A DNA stretch of 64,000 nt from contig JAPEUI010000091.1 of assembly GCA_026025075.1 (NCBI GenBank), forward strand, positions 1-64,000, in the 5' to 3' direction. The stretch comes from Vezdaea acicularis (lineage: Eukaryota). Below, piece after piece: positions 51,574 to 64,000 of the stretch. Every line of letters begins with the position of its first letter. Positions within the stretch are counted from its first letter, which is position 1. The notes beneath the pieces were generated by a model that saw nothing but the letters and a program-made list of their open reading frames with translations, did not search any database and was not told where the DNA came from. A program made the translations under genes and the position numbers.

Positions 51574-54500
51574 ATGTCGTCTATGACAGCATCCAACGGA
51601 AGCATTAACATGCAACCCTCGTCTTATGAAGAGGTTGAACAGGTTTGTGGACTACTCGTATAGCGACTCTGCATATTGACTGATCTTTCTCTTGCGCTCT
51701 TTCTAGCTAGTGAAGCAATTGTATCTTCCTAGAACGCCGCAGCAGATTGCTCAAGTCAATGAAGCCTTGCTCACGATTCAGCGGTCTCAGGACGGTTGGA
51801 GAGTTGGCGACTTGCTCTTGGCCAGCCAAGACCCAAACGTCAGATTCTTTGGAGCACTAACCTTTACAATTAAGCTTAATTCCGACTGGTATGTGCTTTC
51901 ATTTCTACTATCTTGGAGAGATGAGTTGATATCAGTTCATTAGGGAGGCGCTAGATGTCAAAAGTGCTGAAGACTTACTACAACGCCTGATTACCTGGTT
52001 TGTCATGCTCGTGTCTCAGTCTGAAAGTTCTCTTGTTGTCAAGAAAATTTGCTCGGCCCTTGTGGCTTTCTTTCTACGCTTCCCTGAGTCATGGCAGCAG
52101 TGCGTTCGGCATGTCTTATGCTCCTTTCATGCTGGCCGGGCCGTTTCTGTCGTTGACGAAAAGCAATACCCACCAACAGATAGTTTAATCAATAAGTTAA
52201 CTCCATACCAAGCAACTTCTGCATTATGGTTCTGCTCTACCTTGGTTGAGGATGTGGGTAAAGCCGACTCAAATAGCATCAAGAAGTCAGTTCACCCGTC
52301 TAATGATCGCTCTTATGGGATCTGATGGAATTTAATTAGTCATAAGCTTTACGAGAAGATAAAAATAAATGTTGAGGATGCGGTCAGCCTCATTGGCCGA
52401 ATTTTGACTACAGTGGGTAGTGCCAACGGGGAATTATCCGATATCCCTCTTGCCCAGGAGGCTATAAAGTGTTTTCACGTGAGCCTAAACCCCTCGTAGG
52501 TGCGCTCAAACTTCTTGCTGATAAACTTCAAGTCATGGGTATACTTTTCTCACAAAGCTTTCATTGACTCGGCAATCGATCTAGAGAAATTGAAGACATT
52601 AACTCCAATCGCTCTTCGATGTATCGCCCACAACGCGTTGTTCGAAGAGACTGCGGATCTGTTCACTGATGCCTTATCTAACTATTCTAGGTTCCTACGA
52701 CGAGAAGACATAGAAGCTTTATCTAGAGTCTTCAGCAGTCAATGGGCAGAGGAGCGATTTAACCGGATGAGATCTGCAGACTTCGATTCTGAATCTATGC
52801 AGTTTGGAAGACTCCTCCTTGCCTTCGGAGATGCAAATGTTCAAGATTTGGCCCAGGCTTCTGAAGCTAGAGAGTCCCAGCACTTTATGCGCATGCTTCA
52901 TGGTCTTTTGACCTGTCAAGGAATTGCTGTTGCTGAGGATGAGATATGCGCCATAGCTATTGAATTCTGGTCAACATTTGTTGAATTTATGATTGATTCA
53001 CTCTTTGCTGAGGGCGAGTCTCGAGCACCATGGATTAAGTCCGCGAGGGGCCATATGGTTCAGGCTATTGAAGAATGCTGGGCCAAAATTCGGCTACCCC
53101 CAAGCGAAGTAATTGCTTCCTGGGACTCCGATTACAGAGCTGGCTTCAAGGATTTTAGGAAGGACGTTGCAGATCTTTTGCAATCATCCTACCCAGTTCT
53201 TGGCCTAGAGATCTTCCAGAAACTCACACAACTAGCACTTCAGTCCGTTGAGAACGAAGCTTGGGTCGACACTGAGGCTACTCTATTCTGTTTGATCGCT
53301 CTCAGCGACTCTGTTTCTGAGGGCACTGAAGAAGATGCTGTATTGGCCCAACTTTTTGGATCACAGATGTTCACCCACCTCTCGACATGGGTATCAAAGG
53401 TGCCAGGGAAGACCCGTCACACATCGGTAAACCTTTTAGGTCACTATGCTTCATTCTTCGAGAGACATACAGAATACCTTCCCGCAGCACTCAATTTTCT
53501 CTTTCACGCCATCAAGGAACCGTTACAGGCCCCCATAGCATCGAAGTCCATTCATTCGCTGTCTTTCTCATGCAGATCAAGCTTGACAGCTGAGCTAGGG
53601 ACGTTTCTGCTTCAGTACCAGCACTTCCTCACGACCTCTAGTGCTGATTCATTTACCAAAGAAAGGGTCATTGGGGCGATCGCGGCTATTATTCAAGCAC
53701 TACCAGATGAGGCAGCTAAAGTTCACTCTTTGGAGCAGCTACTTTCGTTTGTTGATCGAGATCTGCATAGTTGCGTCAACCTGGTCAGAGCGGGTGACAG
53801 AGAAGCTGCAACAATTCCAGGAATCACTGCCCTCCAATGTCTAGTGAGCATGGGTAAAGGCATGCAGGAACCTGACGATATTCCAATCGACTTAGAATCA
53901 GACAGGCCACGTACAAAGTTCTGGGAGCACGAAGGTGGCTTTCCGCTTCAGCAGCGAATTATGCAGATGATTGAGACGCTGTTCAACACTCTAGACTATG
54001 ACGGAGAGGCGGTAGAAATAGCTTGCTCTGTGTTGCGAACGGGTTTCACAGAGACGACTCCAGGCCCTTTTGTCTTTCGGCCCGATATTTGTACAGCCTT
54101 CTTGCTGAAAAGCGATCTACCTACTCCCAGACTGGGAATAATGCTCGCTACCGCTTGTTCTTTAATCAGCTCTCACTCAACTGAGTCATCGACACGAATT
54201 GACAATGAGGCACGTGCTTTGTTCCAGCATACACTCAGTCTTATGCGTAGACTTGGGACGCCTGCAAATGATCCAGAGATAGCACAAAACTGTATTGATT
54301 TCATTGGACGACTCATTCCGCGCTACATGAATATCATGTTAGACACAAGCGTGAAAGGTTACCTTGAGGAGATGTTCCTTTTCACCATACAGTGCTTGAA
54401 TGGGCAAGACGTCCTTCCCAAGAGATCAGCGGCTTCGTTTTGGGTAGGTCTTTGACTGAAGAGCTGGATCGTCCTTGCTAACATATTTTGTCCAGACAAC

Positions 54501-54861
54501 ATTCATAGAGCTACATGACCTAGCCAAGAATGAGCAAGCTGCTGTGGACGAGATTATAAACCATGTAGGGCCACTTGTAGCCGAAGCACTTGTTTTCAAC
54601 TTCGGTGGCCATGCAGCCCGCAGCGAGCTTGACATTTTATGTGGTCCATTGAAAAGAATGGTCTTCAGACAGGTAAGATCTAAGGCATGGCTAGAACGGG
54701 CACTCTTCAACGCAGCATTTCCGAGTCCTCGGGTGGATGCGAACGAGAAACGGATCTTCCTACAAAAGGTGATAAACCTCCGCGGGCTTAAGACCACAAA
54801 TCAGGTAGTGAAAGATTTCTGGATTTCTTGCCGGGGCATGAGCTCTGCATATGCTTCCTAA
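51574..54861 (+). CDS. Importin-beta family karyopherin (importin-13/Kap122-like); join(51574..51642,51707..51888,51944..52285,52340..52478,52533..54443,54496..54861)
   Basis: N-terminal IBN-type LYLP...QRSQDGW...VRFFGALTF.IK, HEAT-repeat helical body, FRKDVADLL, EATLFCL, GGHAARSELD, LRG...VKDFW..CRG. All five introns keep frame. Confidence 0.88.
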
Positions 54862-54942
54862 GCGATTTTACGTTACTCAAATCCGGCTTGGCTACAGTGC
54901 ATGCAGCACAGTTTGACTAAAATGTGGCCATGGTGGATTTCT

Positions 54943-55535
54943 CTACACAGGTGCAAATGCAGACAAAGCGAAGACCAGTCCAAATGATAGCTTGAACGCA
55001 GCATTATCCTCCACAGCTGACCGTAGATTTATCCCTTGCACGTAGTGGTGAATTCTTCGGTACGGTATTATGTTGTAACCATTCGAAGCTGCCCACTTGC
55101 ACAGTGTTAGTAGAGGCTTAAACTGAACAGGCTATAGGTTGTACCTGAGCGGCCGCTATGAATATCCCGAGAAGCAATGTGAGAGGTCGCGAAAATGTAC
55201 TGACGGCTAGTCCTGCTAACAGTCCTATATTGGGAGGTTCAGTCAGGTGCCTTCCATGATCAGGTCTGTCTCTTTCCGAACCTACCTGCTATACTCCCGC
55301 TACTCATCTGCCGCACTGCTGAAGGACTAAGACGACCATTAGATTTCACAGGGGTCTTTGCTGTCCGCGAATATGACCAATCACTAGATTTGAGGGAACC
55401 TGTCGGACCGCCATCGCAATAGGCAGACAGTAATTGATGAGACCTGTGTGCATGGTAGCTAGCGAGGAAGGTCCCGACACCCAGGCCCAAGCCTAATGCA
55501 ATAGGGGAGCGCGGTATCAAAATTCCGAATGCCAT
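54943..55535 (-). CDS. FUN14: FUN14-family mitochondrial outer-membrane protein; complement(join(54943..55095,55145..55224,55286..55535))
   Basis: RQMSSGSIAGLLAGLAVSTFSRPLTLLLG...QWAASNGYNIIP...DNAAFKLSFGLVFAL. Confidence 0.82.
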
Positions 55536-55810
55536 TATATCAAGCTGTCAATTAGATCGATTGAGTGGAAATTCAAAAGAGCTTGAAGAGGTCCTTCGGT
55601 TGAAGCCGTAGTAGTCGTCATTGGTAGGCCATAGAGGTAAGCTCCAATTGGTTGCTAGGCGAGAAATCCTCAAACTTGTAGCTTGCCAGACGATATGGCA
55701 GGCTTGCTCCCAACGGCCAGCTGCATTCAGATCGTCTCTTGAACCTATGAGTTGATAGACCGTTGGTTTTGAATTTTGCAAATATCAGAGCCGTTCTCTT
55801 TTCACCGTCT

Positions 55811-56293
55811 TTACAAGCAACCGGTCACCAGATCGACCAGGTCCATCCATGCTGCTCTTTGCTCATCTCCAGAATCCAGATTGATACGTTTCAGGCCCAT
55901 CCCGACAACTAAGGTCCGAGCCTCATCGGGGTCCCTTGTCTTGATCACGCTTGCAATCTGCGTAGCAATCAATTGACCCATTGTCTCCCTTTCGGATGTG
56001 CCTGCCCCAAGAAGAGTTTTAGGCGTAAGATGTGCCATCGGAAGCAGAGACTCATCGGCTTCTATTTCGTGGGGAAAGCTTCCAGGTATATATGCAGGGG
56101 ATGTGTTTAAGAGGGGAACTTGAATCCATTGCGCAAGTCTCCATCCTTGGCTTATCATAACCATGATCTTATCGGAGAAATATACTGTTGTGACATCTGT
56201 AACAACGCCGTCAACAGCGCTAGATGCCTGTAGAGTCTTTGCTGGGAAAGAAGCATTTGTAGCCTTTTGGCCTGGTTTGTTAATGCTCTCCAT
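55811..56293 (-). CDS. Proteasome assembly chaperone 3 (PAC3/Pba3) family protein
   Basis: FPAKT, FSDKIMVMISQ..RLAQW, LTPKTLLG, LIATQIAS, RTLVVGMGL; single exon; first ATG at 56293. Confidence 0.8.
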   Translation of the reverse strand: MESINKPGQKATNASFPAKTLQASSAVDGVVTDVTTVYFSDKIMVMISQGWRLAQWIQVPLLNTSPAYIPGSFPHEIEADESLLPMAHLTPKTLLGAGTSERETMGQLIATQIASVIKTRDPDEARTLVVGMGLKRINLDSGDEQRAAWMDLVDLVTGCL

Positions 56294-56454
56294 TTCGGGA
56301 GTCAAGTAGTAGAAATTGAAAGTGCTTCTCCAAAGGTCGAATCCTTGAAGTTCGTTAGAAGTTGCAACCTCTCACCGCCTCGGCTCCTTCCGATAGGGCT
56401 GAGGCAAAACCTTCAGCATGATCGAAATTGCAGCACACCAGGTGCACTAGGGCA

Positions 56455-59400
56455 ATGCCAAAATTTATACCTCGACAACGTAAGCATAAGGTTTTGCGAA
56501 GAGTCAAGAAAAATGGGAAGCAGCCAGGTGAAGCTGCGGGTGGCTCCAATGCCCTGGAAATTATGCCACTGCCGAAGGCGGAAAAAGAGCAACGGAGGCA
56601 AGCCCTGAAGGACGAGCTTAGGGCTCAGCTACCAAAAATATCGGACAAGAAGAAGAAGAGGCTGGATAAGTATATTGAGAGCAAGCTTAAGAAAGAGGAG
56701 AACCTCGGATTTATCAAAAAGCTAGCTGCAACAAAAGTCGATACAAGTCTTTTTCGAAGCTCGAAGACACTAGGTACAGTGAAGGAATCGAAGAAAGACC
56801 AATTATCAAGGGCGCTGAAAGAGACTCAAGCTGGTATTGATGTTAAAGAGAATGAAATGCTTATATTTGAGGAACATCCAGAGGACGACGATAACTCGGA
56901 CGGCAAAGATGAATCTAGGCCGGAAAATATAGTCCTGGATACTCCACTAGATCTTTCAACTAAGTCGGTTGCGAGTCAAACGCCAATTATAGGTCTTGGA
57001 CTCAAGCGGCCACTCGAACAAGATGGGGAAGGTAAACCGGTGCTGAAGAAGAAGAAGCAGACGCGGCGGCAACTAGAAGACTTACCTGTGGGTGAAGAGC
57101 CCAAGTGGGAAGGATTTGGTTCTGATACGGAACTGCGAAGTGATAAAAACGGAAGCTTGGAAGGATCTCGCTCAAGGGACGACTCTGTAGATATACCAAA
57201 CTCCACTTCCTCAGATTCCGAGAATGATGCAGAGGACGTAGAGCATGCAAAAGAAGCTGACCGAGCCCGTTCATCTACCTTCAAAGGATGGGCTACACAA
57301 AAACTTAACGAAGCGTTGGATTATACTCCTACTGGTGTATCTACGAGTGGAGCTACTAAGACTGATATGACGCAAAGTGTAGCATTTACACGAGAGGAAT
57401 CTGAAGATCCCCTTCCCCTCGAACTGCAAGTCAAAAGTTCTGGAAATATTGAAAGACCGGCCTATAGCGTTGCTGTTACAAGGCCACTAGAGGTCCAAGA
57501 GGCTCGGCTTGGTCTGCCAGTTGTTGCAGAAGAACAACAGATAATGGAAGCCATTTACAATAATTCTACGGTTATTATCTGGGGCGCTACGGGCAGTGGA
57601 AAAACTACACAGGTGCCGCAATTCTTGTTCGAGGCTGGTTTCGGTACTGCCGGGAGCCCAGCTCCAGGTTTGATAGGGATAACCCAACCTCGACGTGTAG
57701 CAGCCGTCAGCATGGCCAAGAGAGTAGGTGATGAGCTAGGAGAACATAGAGAGAAGGTTTCCTATCAGATTCGGTTCGAGGGAAATGTGAGTAGTAGAAC
57801 GGCCATCAAGTTCATGACAGATGGCGTCCTGTTGCGAGAAATTGCCCAGGATATCACGTTGAAAAAGTATTCCGTGGTTATTATAGATGAGGCGCACGAA
57901 AGGAGCCTAAATACTGACATCCTTATTGGAATGATGAGCAGAATCGTGAGGCTGAGGAAAGAATTAAGTATGGAAGATTCTACAACAGTCGTAAGTTTTG
58001 AAACGGGAAGATCATTTGCATGTTCACTAACAATATATAGCCATTGAAGCTCGTGATAATGTCTGCAACTCTAAGGACATCGGATTTTACAAATAATCGA
58101 GTTCTCTTTTCCTTACCGCCTCCAATCATAAAAGCCGAAGGCCGACAATACCCGGTCTCCGTTCACTTTGCACGGAGAACTAATCGCGATTATCTTGACG
58201 AGATGTACCAAAAAATAAGCCGCGGGCACCGTAAATTACCGCCAGGTGGCATGCTGGTATTCCTCACGGGACAGAATGAGATCACGAACCTATTAAAAAG
58301 ACTTAATGGTTTGCACGTAAGTAAGGGTGGGGTTTATCATCAAGAAGGACCCTCCGTGTCTATCTCTGGACGCGAAGGTGAGAACGTATTGACATTCTCT
58401 GTATTGGTCTAGACTAACACCCTTTACCTCAGCCCCTACAGAGTTAGAGGACCTCGAGCTAGGTGGATTTGATGGTATGGAGGAGAGAAATGATGGTTCC
58501 GACCCAGACCCTGATATTCAAGGATATGACAGTGAAGTCGATGAAGATGATGGCTTTGACATAGGCGATTCTATGGGGGCGACTGCTCCTATGCACATTC
58601 TGCCATTGTACTCTTTGCTCCCAACAAGGGATCAGCTGCGAGTATTCGAAGCCCCACCCCAGGGAACCAGACTTGTTGTTTTAGCTACTAATGTTGCTGA
58701 AACAAGTCTGACTATTCCTGGCATTAGTTATGTTTTCGACTGCGGGAGGGTCAAGGAGCGGCAGATTAACCGGGTTACTGGAGTCCAGAGCTTCGAGATT
58801 GGTTGGATTAGTAAGACCAGTGCTACCCAAAGGGCTGGGCGGGCTGGTCGTACTGGGCCCGGCCATTGCTATCGACTATACTCATCTGCTGTATTTGAGC
58901 GTGACTTTCAGGAATTTACGGAGCCAGAGATCCAGAGAACGCCAATTGAAGGAGTGGTTCTTCAGCTAAAAAGCATGAACCTTTCTAACGTCATGAATTT
59001 CCCATTCCCAACCCCACCTGACAGGGAAAGCCTAGCTCAGGCGGAAAGGCTACTTTCATACCTAGGAGCTCTAGATGGTGATCGCCGGATTACAAACCTT
59101 GGTGTTCGGATGTCAACTTTTCCGCTATCTCCTCGATTCTCAAGGATGCTCTTGATTGGTCACCAGCATGATTGCATATCATATACCATTTCTCTTGTTG
59201 CCGCGCTTTCTGTCTCGCATATTTTCGTTCCTGAGCATCAGCTTGATCTCGCTGGCATTGCTCAAGAGTCGAAGGAGTTTGTCGGGAAAGACAAAGGAAG
59301 TGTAGAAGACGCGCGCATAACGTACCGCAAAGCTTACGGCAGTGCACATTATCGATTTGCGCAGGCTTTGGACGCAAGATGTGATGCACTCAAGATGCTT

Positions 59401-60138
59401 TCAGCCGTGCTGGCATATTGTGAGAGCGGCGAGACCGCCGCATTCTGCAAAGATAATTTTCTCCGATCCAAGGCTTTGCGCGAGGTCCAGCTTTTACGAC
59501 GACAAGTCACAGATATTTTGACTGTCAATTCCGAGACTATCATCAACATGTCTCCGTTCAAATCAAAACTCCCGCAGCCAGGAGCTATCCAAGTCAAGGC
59601 GCTGAAACAGATCCTAGCTGCAGGATTCATTGATCAGGTAGCAATACGCGCTGATGTCGCGCCTATACCACAGTTGGGCCTCCGAAATCCACAGCGAGCT
59701 ATTGATGTCCCTTATATTACACTCTTTCCAAGCCATCTCCATGAAGAAGACGGTGCGAAGGTTGTATACATCCATCCATCCTCAGTGTTGTCGTATGTTG
59801 GGGCGAAGGACATGCCGCAATATATTGTATACTCCTATCTTCAAAGACCTTCTAGCTCAAGCATCTCTGGTAAGGCGCCGCGAGTAAGGATGCATCCATT
59901 AACGCCGATAGGCGGAAAGCAGCTCACGGCATTGGCCCAAGGAACGCCTCTTTTGACATACAGCAAGCCGATCAAAGACGTCATGCCAAAGTTGGTTGAA
60001 GGTAAGGAGGACAGAAGACAGTGTTGGGTCATTCCCTACTTACAAGGACCACCTGGAATGATGGGGTGGCCTTTACCAGCAAAAAAGGTTGTTCAAAGAA
60101 AAGAAAGGGGTAAAGGCTGGGTAATCGATGGCGGGTGA
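56455..60138 (+). CDS. ECM16: DEAH-box RNA helicase Dhr1/DHX37 (SSU processome); join(56455..57990,58041..58377,58433..60138)
   Basis: [12 protein letters not shown] start, [71 protein letters not shown]. Confidence 0.96.
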
Positions 60139-61228
60139 TAACCACTTGTTTTTTATCGGACCCACGCCAACAAGCGCCTTGACTATTGGGGAGAATCTTG
60201 GCTTACGCAACAGAGAGTAATGAGGCTTCGGAGGTATGATCAGATGGCACTTTAGAATGGAAGTATGACAAAGCGAGGCCCCAACCTAAGTTGCCCTAAT
60301 AATAATGAAGACGCCTCGACCGATGGAAATTGAATAGTCTACAGATGAGATTGGAAAGGCCAACTATGAGCGTAGCCTTCTTTGGTCACCATACTTCACC
60401 TGTCGCAAGGGGATGTCTTCCCGTATCAGTGACGGATTAAGATGATGGGGGCCTTAAACGGGAGAGCTGCGACACAGATACTGCATCGACTCTTGAGAAG
60501 CTGTTGATAAAATAGCATATTCAACCACGGCACCAATTGAGATCAATGATCTATGAGTTGATTAGAGTTACCTATCTATAATGAAACAGGTAGGCAGAAT
60601 ATGATGCAATGTTAATGTTGACAGTCCATCCTAGTCCGAATCGAGACCTGTTGATGTAGCCTACATGTGTGCCTTGCGCAAGTCGACAGCGTAGTCGAAT
60701 AGCAGTGCGACGATTGAAATATATAGACGCAACGGATCAAAGACACCGGCTGATCCGTTTGATCGGGATTGTTTCGTGAAGTTGTCCCTAAAACTCGGTT
60801 CCACGTTTCACGATCATGGCTTTGAGACAAACTCGCCAAGCCATGCCGTGTTCCAGAAAAGTTGCAAGGACTACAATGGACCCCCCGAACCCCACTCACC
60901 GACCTACCCAGCCGCTGCAGGGTTCCCAGGTTTACTTTAGAGGATTTGGCCTTTTATTGGGTGTGTCAGTACGATACGTATCAAGCAGCCCACGCTTTTC
61001 CGAGGTATCAAGATACGAATGCACTCCTGCCGTATTCGAACCTTGGTTCATTCTTCCACGTGGAGAAAACCATATAAATGATGATCATCCGACCATCAAT
61101 GATTATATCTTGCTTGCTGTTGCATTTTGCTTTGTGCTCTTCAGTCTGTCCTTCTCTCACGCGCTTTGTCTATTTACGGTTTTTTCTTACTAGGCTGCCT
61201 TTCCCAAGGCCTTACCAAAATTACGAAC

Positions 61229-61958
61229 ATGCGTTTCACATACCTCTTATCGATCTCTCCTATCCTCTGTCTAGCGCTGGCCGCTCCCACCTCTTCTCCT
61301 GTCGCTACCATCGACCCCAAACCCACCCCTAGTAGTGTACAATATATCTACGACTTCACAGCCTTCATCCCGGCGCAGGACGCGTCAGGCCCTGAAGCTA
61401 TTGGTAACATGTCTTTCTTTAGCGTCGACCCAGACACTCGCAACAGCGTAAACCATAGCAGCTGCACCATTCAGCTCTCGGCGTCAAACCTTTACTGGTA
61501 CAACAGCCCAAGTACTGGAACTGCAAGTGCTCGTCGGAAGGCGGAAGAACCGCTGGTCGCGTTCTCGCCACCGGACGGGGGTGCGAGCTATGTCTGCGCA
61601 AGTGGTACTTTCGGCAACACATTTGCATTCTCTTTTGTCAGGAACGGGAACGGAACGAATGGGACTGAGAGCTATAGTATTAAGTTGATACATAAGTAAG
61701 TAATTCAGTATCTGCTGTCATGTGACATAGGCATTGCTAATACTCTGCAGCGTCAAGGATGATGGCCAGGTCTTTATCCGGTCTGGTAGCGTAGATTTGA
61801 CGCCACTGCTCATGGGGCCTTTGGGAAGCTTCGGATTGAGGGATAATTTGCTCTATCGACTGGGGAGTTCAGCGCTGACAGAGCTGGCATCAGGTATTAC
61901 GATCACGCCAGGCTTGCCATCGCAACCTGCCGATCCTTATGTGGTGGAGAATGCTTGA
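61229..61958 (+). CDS. Secreted protein of unknown function, 224 aa; join(61229..61695,61751..61958)
   Basis: Signal peptide MRFTYLLSISPILCLALA|AP, two Cys in the mature part, several N-x-S/T sites. Intron GTAAGT..GCTAAT..CAG keeps frame. Confidence 0.8.
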
Positions 61959-62727
61959 AATTGTGAGCAGCAATTCGTTTGTACCTTTAGTATAATTGCA
62001 CTGTAAAGAAAAGAGAAATTTGCTTGTGCATTTTGCCGTTCGCGCATATTGAAGCGATTACCCCCAAGATTGAAACGGTCTCACAAGTACTGTCAAGGCT
62101 CCGGGGTGGAAATAATAGAACTATCGACACCAATAAGAAATGAGAAATTCTTCTAGCCTCGTTCTATATTAGCTCGAACGAGAAACAGTTTCATAGAGCC
62201 CATGGATGATCGATTAGATCCCGTTTAGATATTAGGTCATAAACACGAGGAATTCATGGGGCAATGGTAGAGCTGAGGTACGCTTATGGTAAATATGATT
62301 CTGCCCATCGAGTTTCTCTGCGCGATAGTTCTAGGACCACACTCCAGGAATAAAAGAACGGCTCCAGGTTGAACTTAATGGTTTATTTTGCACGTCTGGG
62401 TTGGTGAAGATTTGAGTTTACCGCGAGCGAATTAGACGTAAGCGGACTGGAGGCAAGCGAACGGAATGCTGTCATCTTCGACAAGGCTATGCTTGGTAGG
62501 TCAGCCAAACTACAATTGAGACTCGACCTGGACAACAGCGCCGATTCACTGAACACTCCGTTATGTCGTTCATTATTCCCACAGACACTTCAGTGATTTA
62601 ATTTCCTCTGAAGAGATAGATATAATCCGAGCTAAATCTTGGCTTATAGCTAACCCTTCTGTCCAACCCCGCCCACTCTCACCTCACCTAGGCAGCAAAT
62701 ACAGTTGTTGTATCACCGGAGATCACT

Positions 62728-63500
62728 ATGGACGGTTTCCCGCTGGAAAGCTGGTTCTATGAACTCCCTCTTTGCACGCGCACCTGGACCCTACTCACAC
62801 TTCTGACCAGTCTCGCCGTCCAATGCAAGTTCCTTACGCCCTTCCAGCTCTTCTATTCGCCACGTGCCGTTTTCCACAAACACCAATACTGGCGACTAAT
62901 TACTACCTTCCTATACTTCGGGCCACTCAGCCTCGACCTCATTTTCCATGTCTTCTTCCTTCAGCGCTATTCGCGACTGCTTGAATCGTCGTCCGGGCGC
63001 TCCCCCGCAAGCTTCTCCTGGCTCTTGCTCTACGCGACATGTATGTTGCTACTAGTCAGCCCTATCATCAGCCAGCCGTTCTTGGGGAGCCCATTGAGCA
63101 ACACCCTGGTTTATATTTGGTCGAGAAGGAATCCAGAGACGAGGCTGAGCTTTCTGGGATTGGTCACTTTTACTGCGCCATATCTACCGTGGGTGCTTAT
63201 GGGATTTAGCCTCGTAGTGCACGGGACTTTGCCAAGGGATGAGATGCTGGGCATTGTAGTGGGCCATGGTGAGTCTCTTCTTCGACATCACAGTCTTGGC
63301 ATAGCGGTAGAAGCTAACGAGATGCAGTATGGTATTTCTTCAACGACGTCTACCCACCGCTACACAACGGCTCGCGCCCATTCGATCCTCCAATGTGGTG
63401 GCGGAGGATATGGGAAGGAGGGGAGGAGGAGGTTGTACAGACAGATGCGCCGCCAATAGATCGAGAATTGCAGGCTGGCGCCCCAGTTGATGTTCACTGA
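62728..63500 (+). CDS. DER1: Derlin (ERAD DER1-like); join(62728..63268,63328..63500)
   Basis: TPFQLFY, QYWRLITTFLYFG, RYSRLLE, LVYIWSRRNP, APYLPWVL, GIVVGHVWYFFNDVYP. Confidence 0.94.
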
Positions 63501-63635
63501 TAATATGGGTGTGGCGCAAAAGGGAAGGTCATTGCCGGAATATTTTGGCGTTTGGTTAATCGGCTTAACGCAAGTCATTGTGTTACCTGAGGATTGCATC
63601 TGGGCATCGTTGAGATAATTTTATTCCCACAGGCA

Positions 63636-64000
63636 CTACAAGACGCCTTTCGTACTCACAACCTCCCCTTCTCTGCCACTCACCCTTGTAGACGCTGTTC
63701 TCAGTGCCACCGCTAGTGCCTTGAATGCGCTCTCAGCTCTATGGTGGTCATTATCACCCCTGATGCAATCCACATGTAGCGTGATCCCAGCAGTTTGTGC
63801 AAAACTTTGTAGACAATGCGGCAACATTTCTGTGCTCAGATCACCAATCTTCTCTCGCTTCAATCCAAGGTCAATGACGGAGAAAGGCCGGTTAGAAATA
63901 TCGACGACTGCGCGTGAGAGTGCTTCGTCCAACGGCGCATAAGCGGACCCGAACCTTGCAAGTCCAAGGGATGGAGTTATGCAAGCCTTGTACGCCGTAC
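63636..64000 (-). CDS. HIS3: Imidazoleglycerol-phosphate dehydratase, 3' part (5' end lies beyond the window)
   Basis: [46 protein letters not shown]; frame is open to the window edge. Confidence 0.96.
   Translation of the reverse strand, partial: TAYKACITPSLGLARFGSAYAPLDEALSRAVVDISNRPFSVIDLGLKREKIGDLSTEMLPHCLQSFAQTAGITLHVDCIRGDNDHHRAESAFKALAVALRTASTRVSGREGEVVSTKGVL

Overview
Eukaryotic DNA from a filamentous ascomycete (Pezizomycotina-type genes with short GT-AG introns and CTRAY-like branch points). I cannot name the species. The window is gene-dense and mostly housekeeping. I assembled 27 protein-coding genes by hand, with 60 coding-region introns. They are a PTH11-like receptor, CRD1, a WOPR (Ryp1/Wor1/Sge1-type) regulator with a ~4.9 kb upstream region, a UIM + TDP1-like phosphodiesterase, a BTB-like protein, AP-2 mu, LSC1, ELP3, V-ATPase subunit f (absent from the ORF track), a Cut12-like protein, cystinosin/ERS1, a small S/T/P-rich protein, an AbiEii/MenT-like nucleotidyltransferase, a two-repeat Myb protein, QRI7, VTS1, AGC1, TFC4, aminopeptidase P, an importin-13-like protein, FUN14, PAC3, DHR1/ECM16, a secreted protein, derlin and the 3' part of HIS3. 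I found no tRNA, rRNA, snRNA, CRISPR array or intact transposon. The best candidate for an undescribed system is the GC-rich island at ~31-36.4 kb: an intronless toxin-like nucleotidyltransferase sits head-to-head with a Myb gene whose upstream region holds five YAACSGCC Myb-type sites. Other oddities are a transition-eroded inverted repeat, a three-copy alternative-pairing element, a high share of AAG splice acceptors, and recurring C-rich to G-rich skew flips. All family assignments come from motif recognition by eye, not from database searches.
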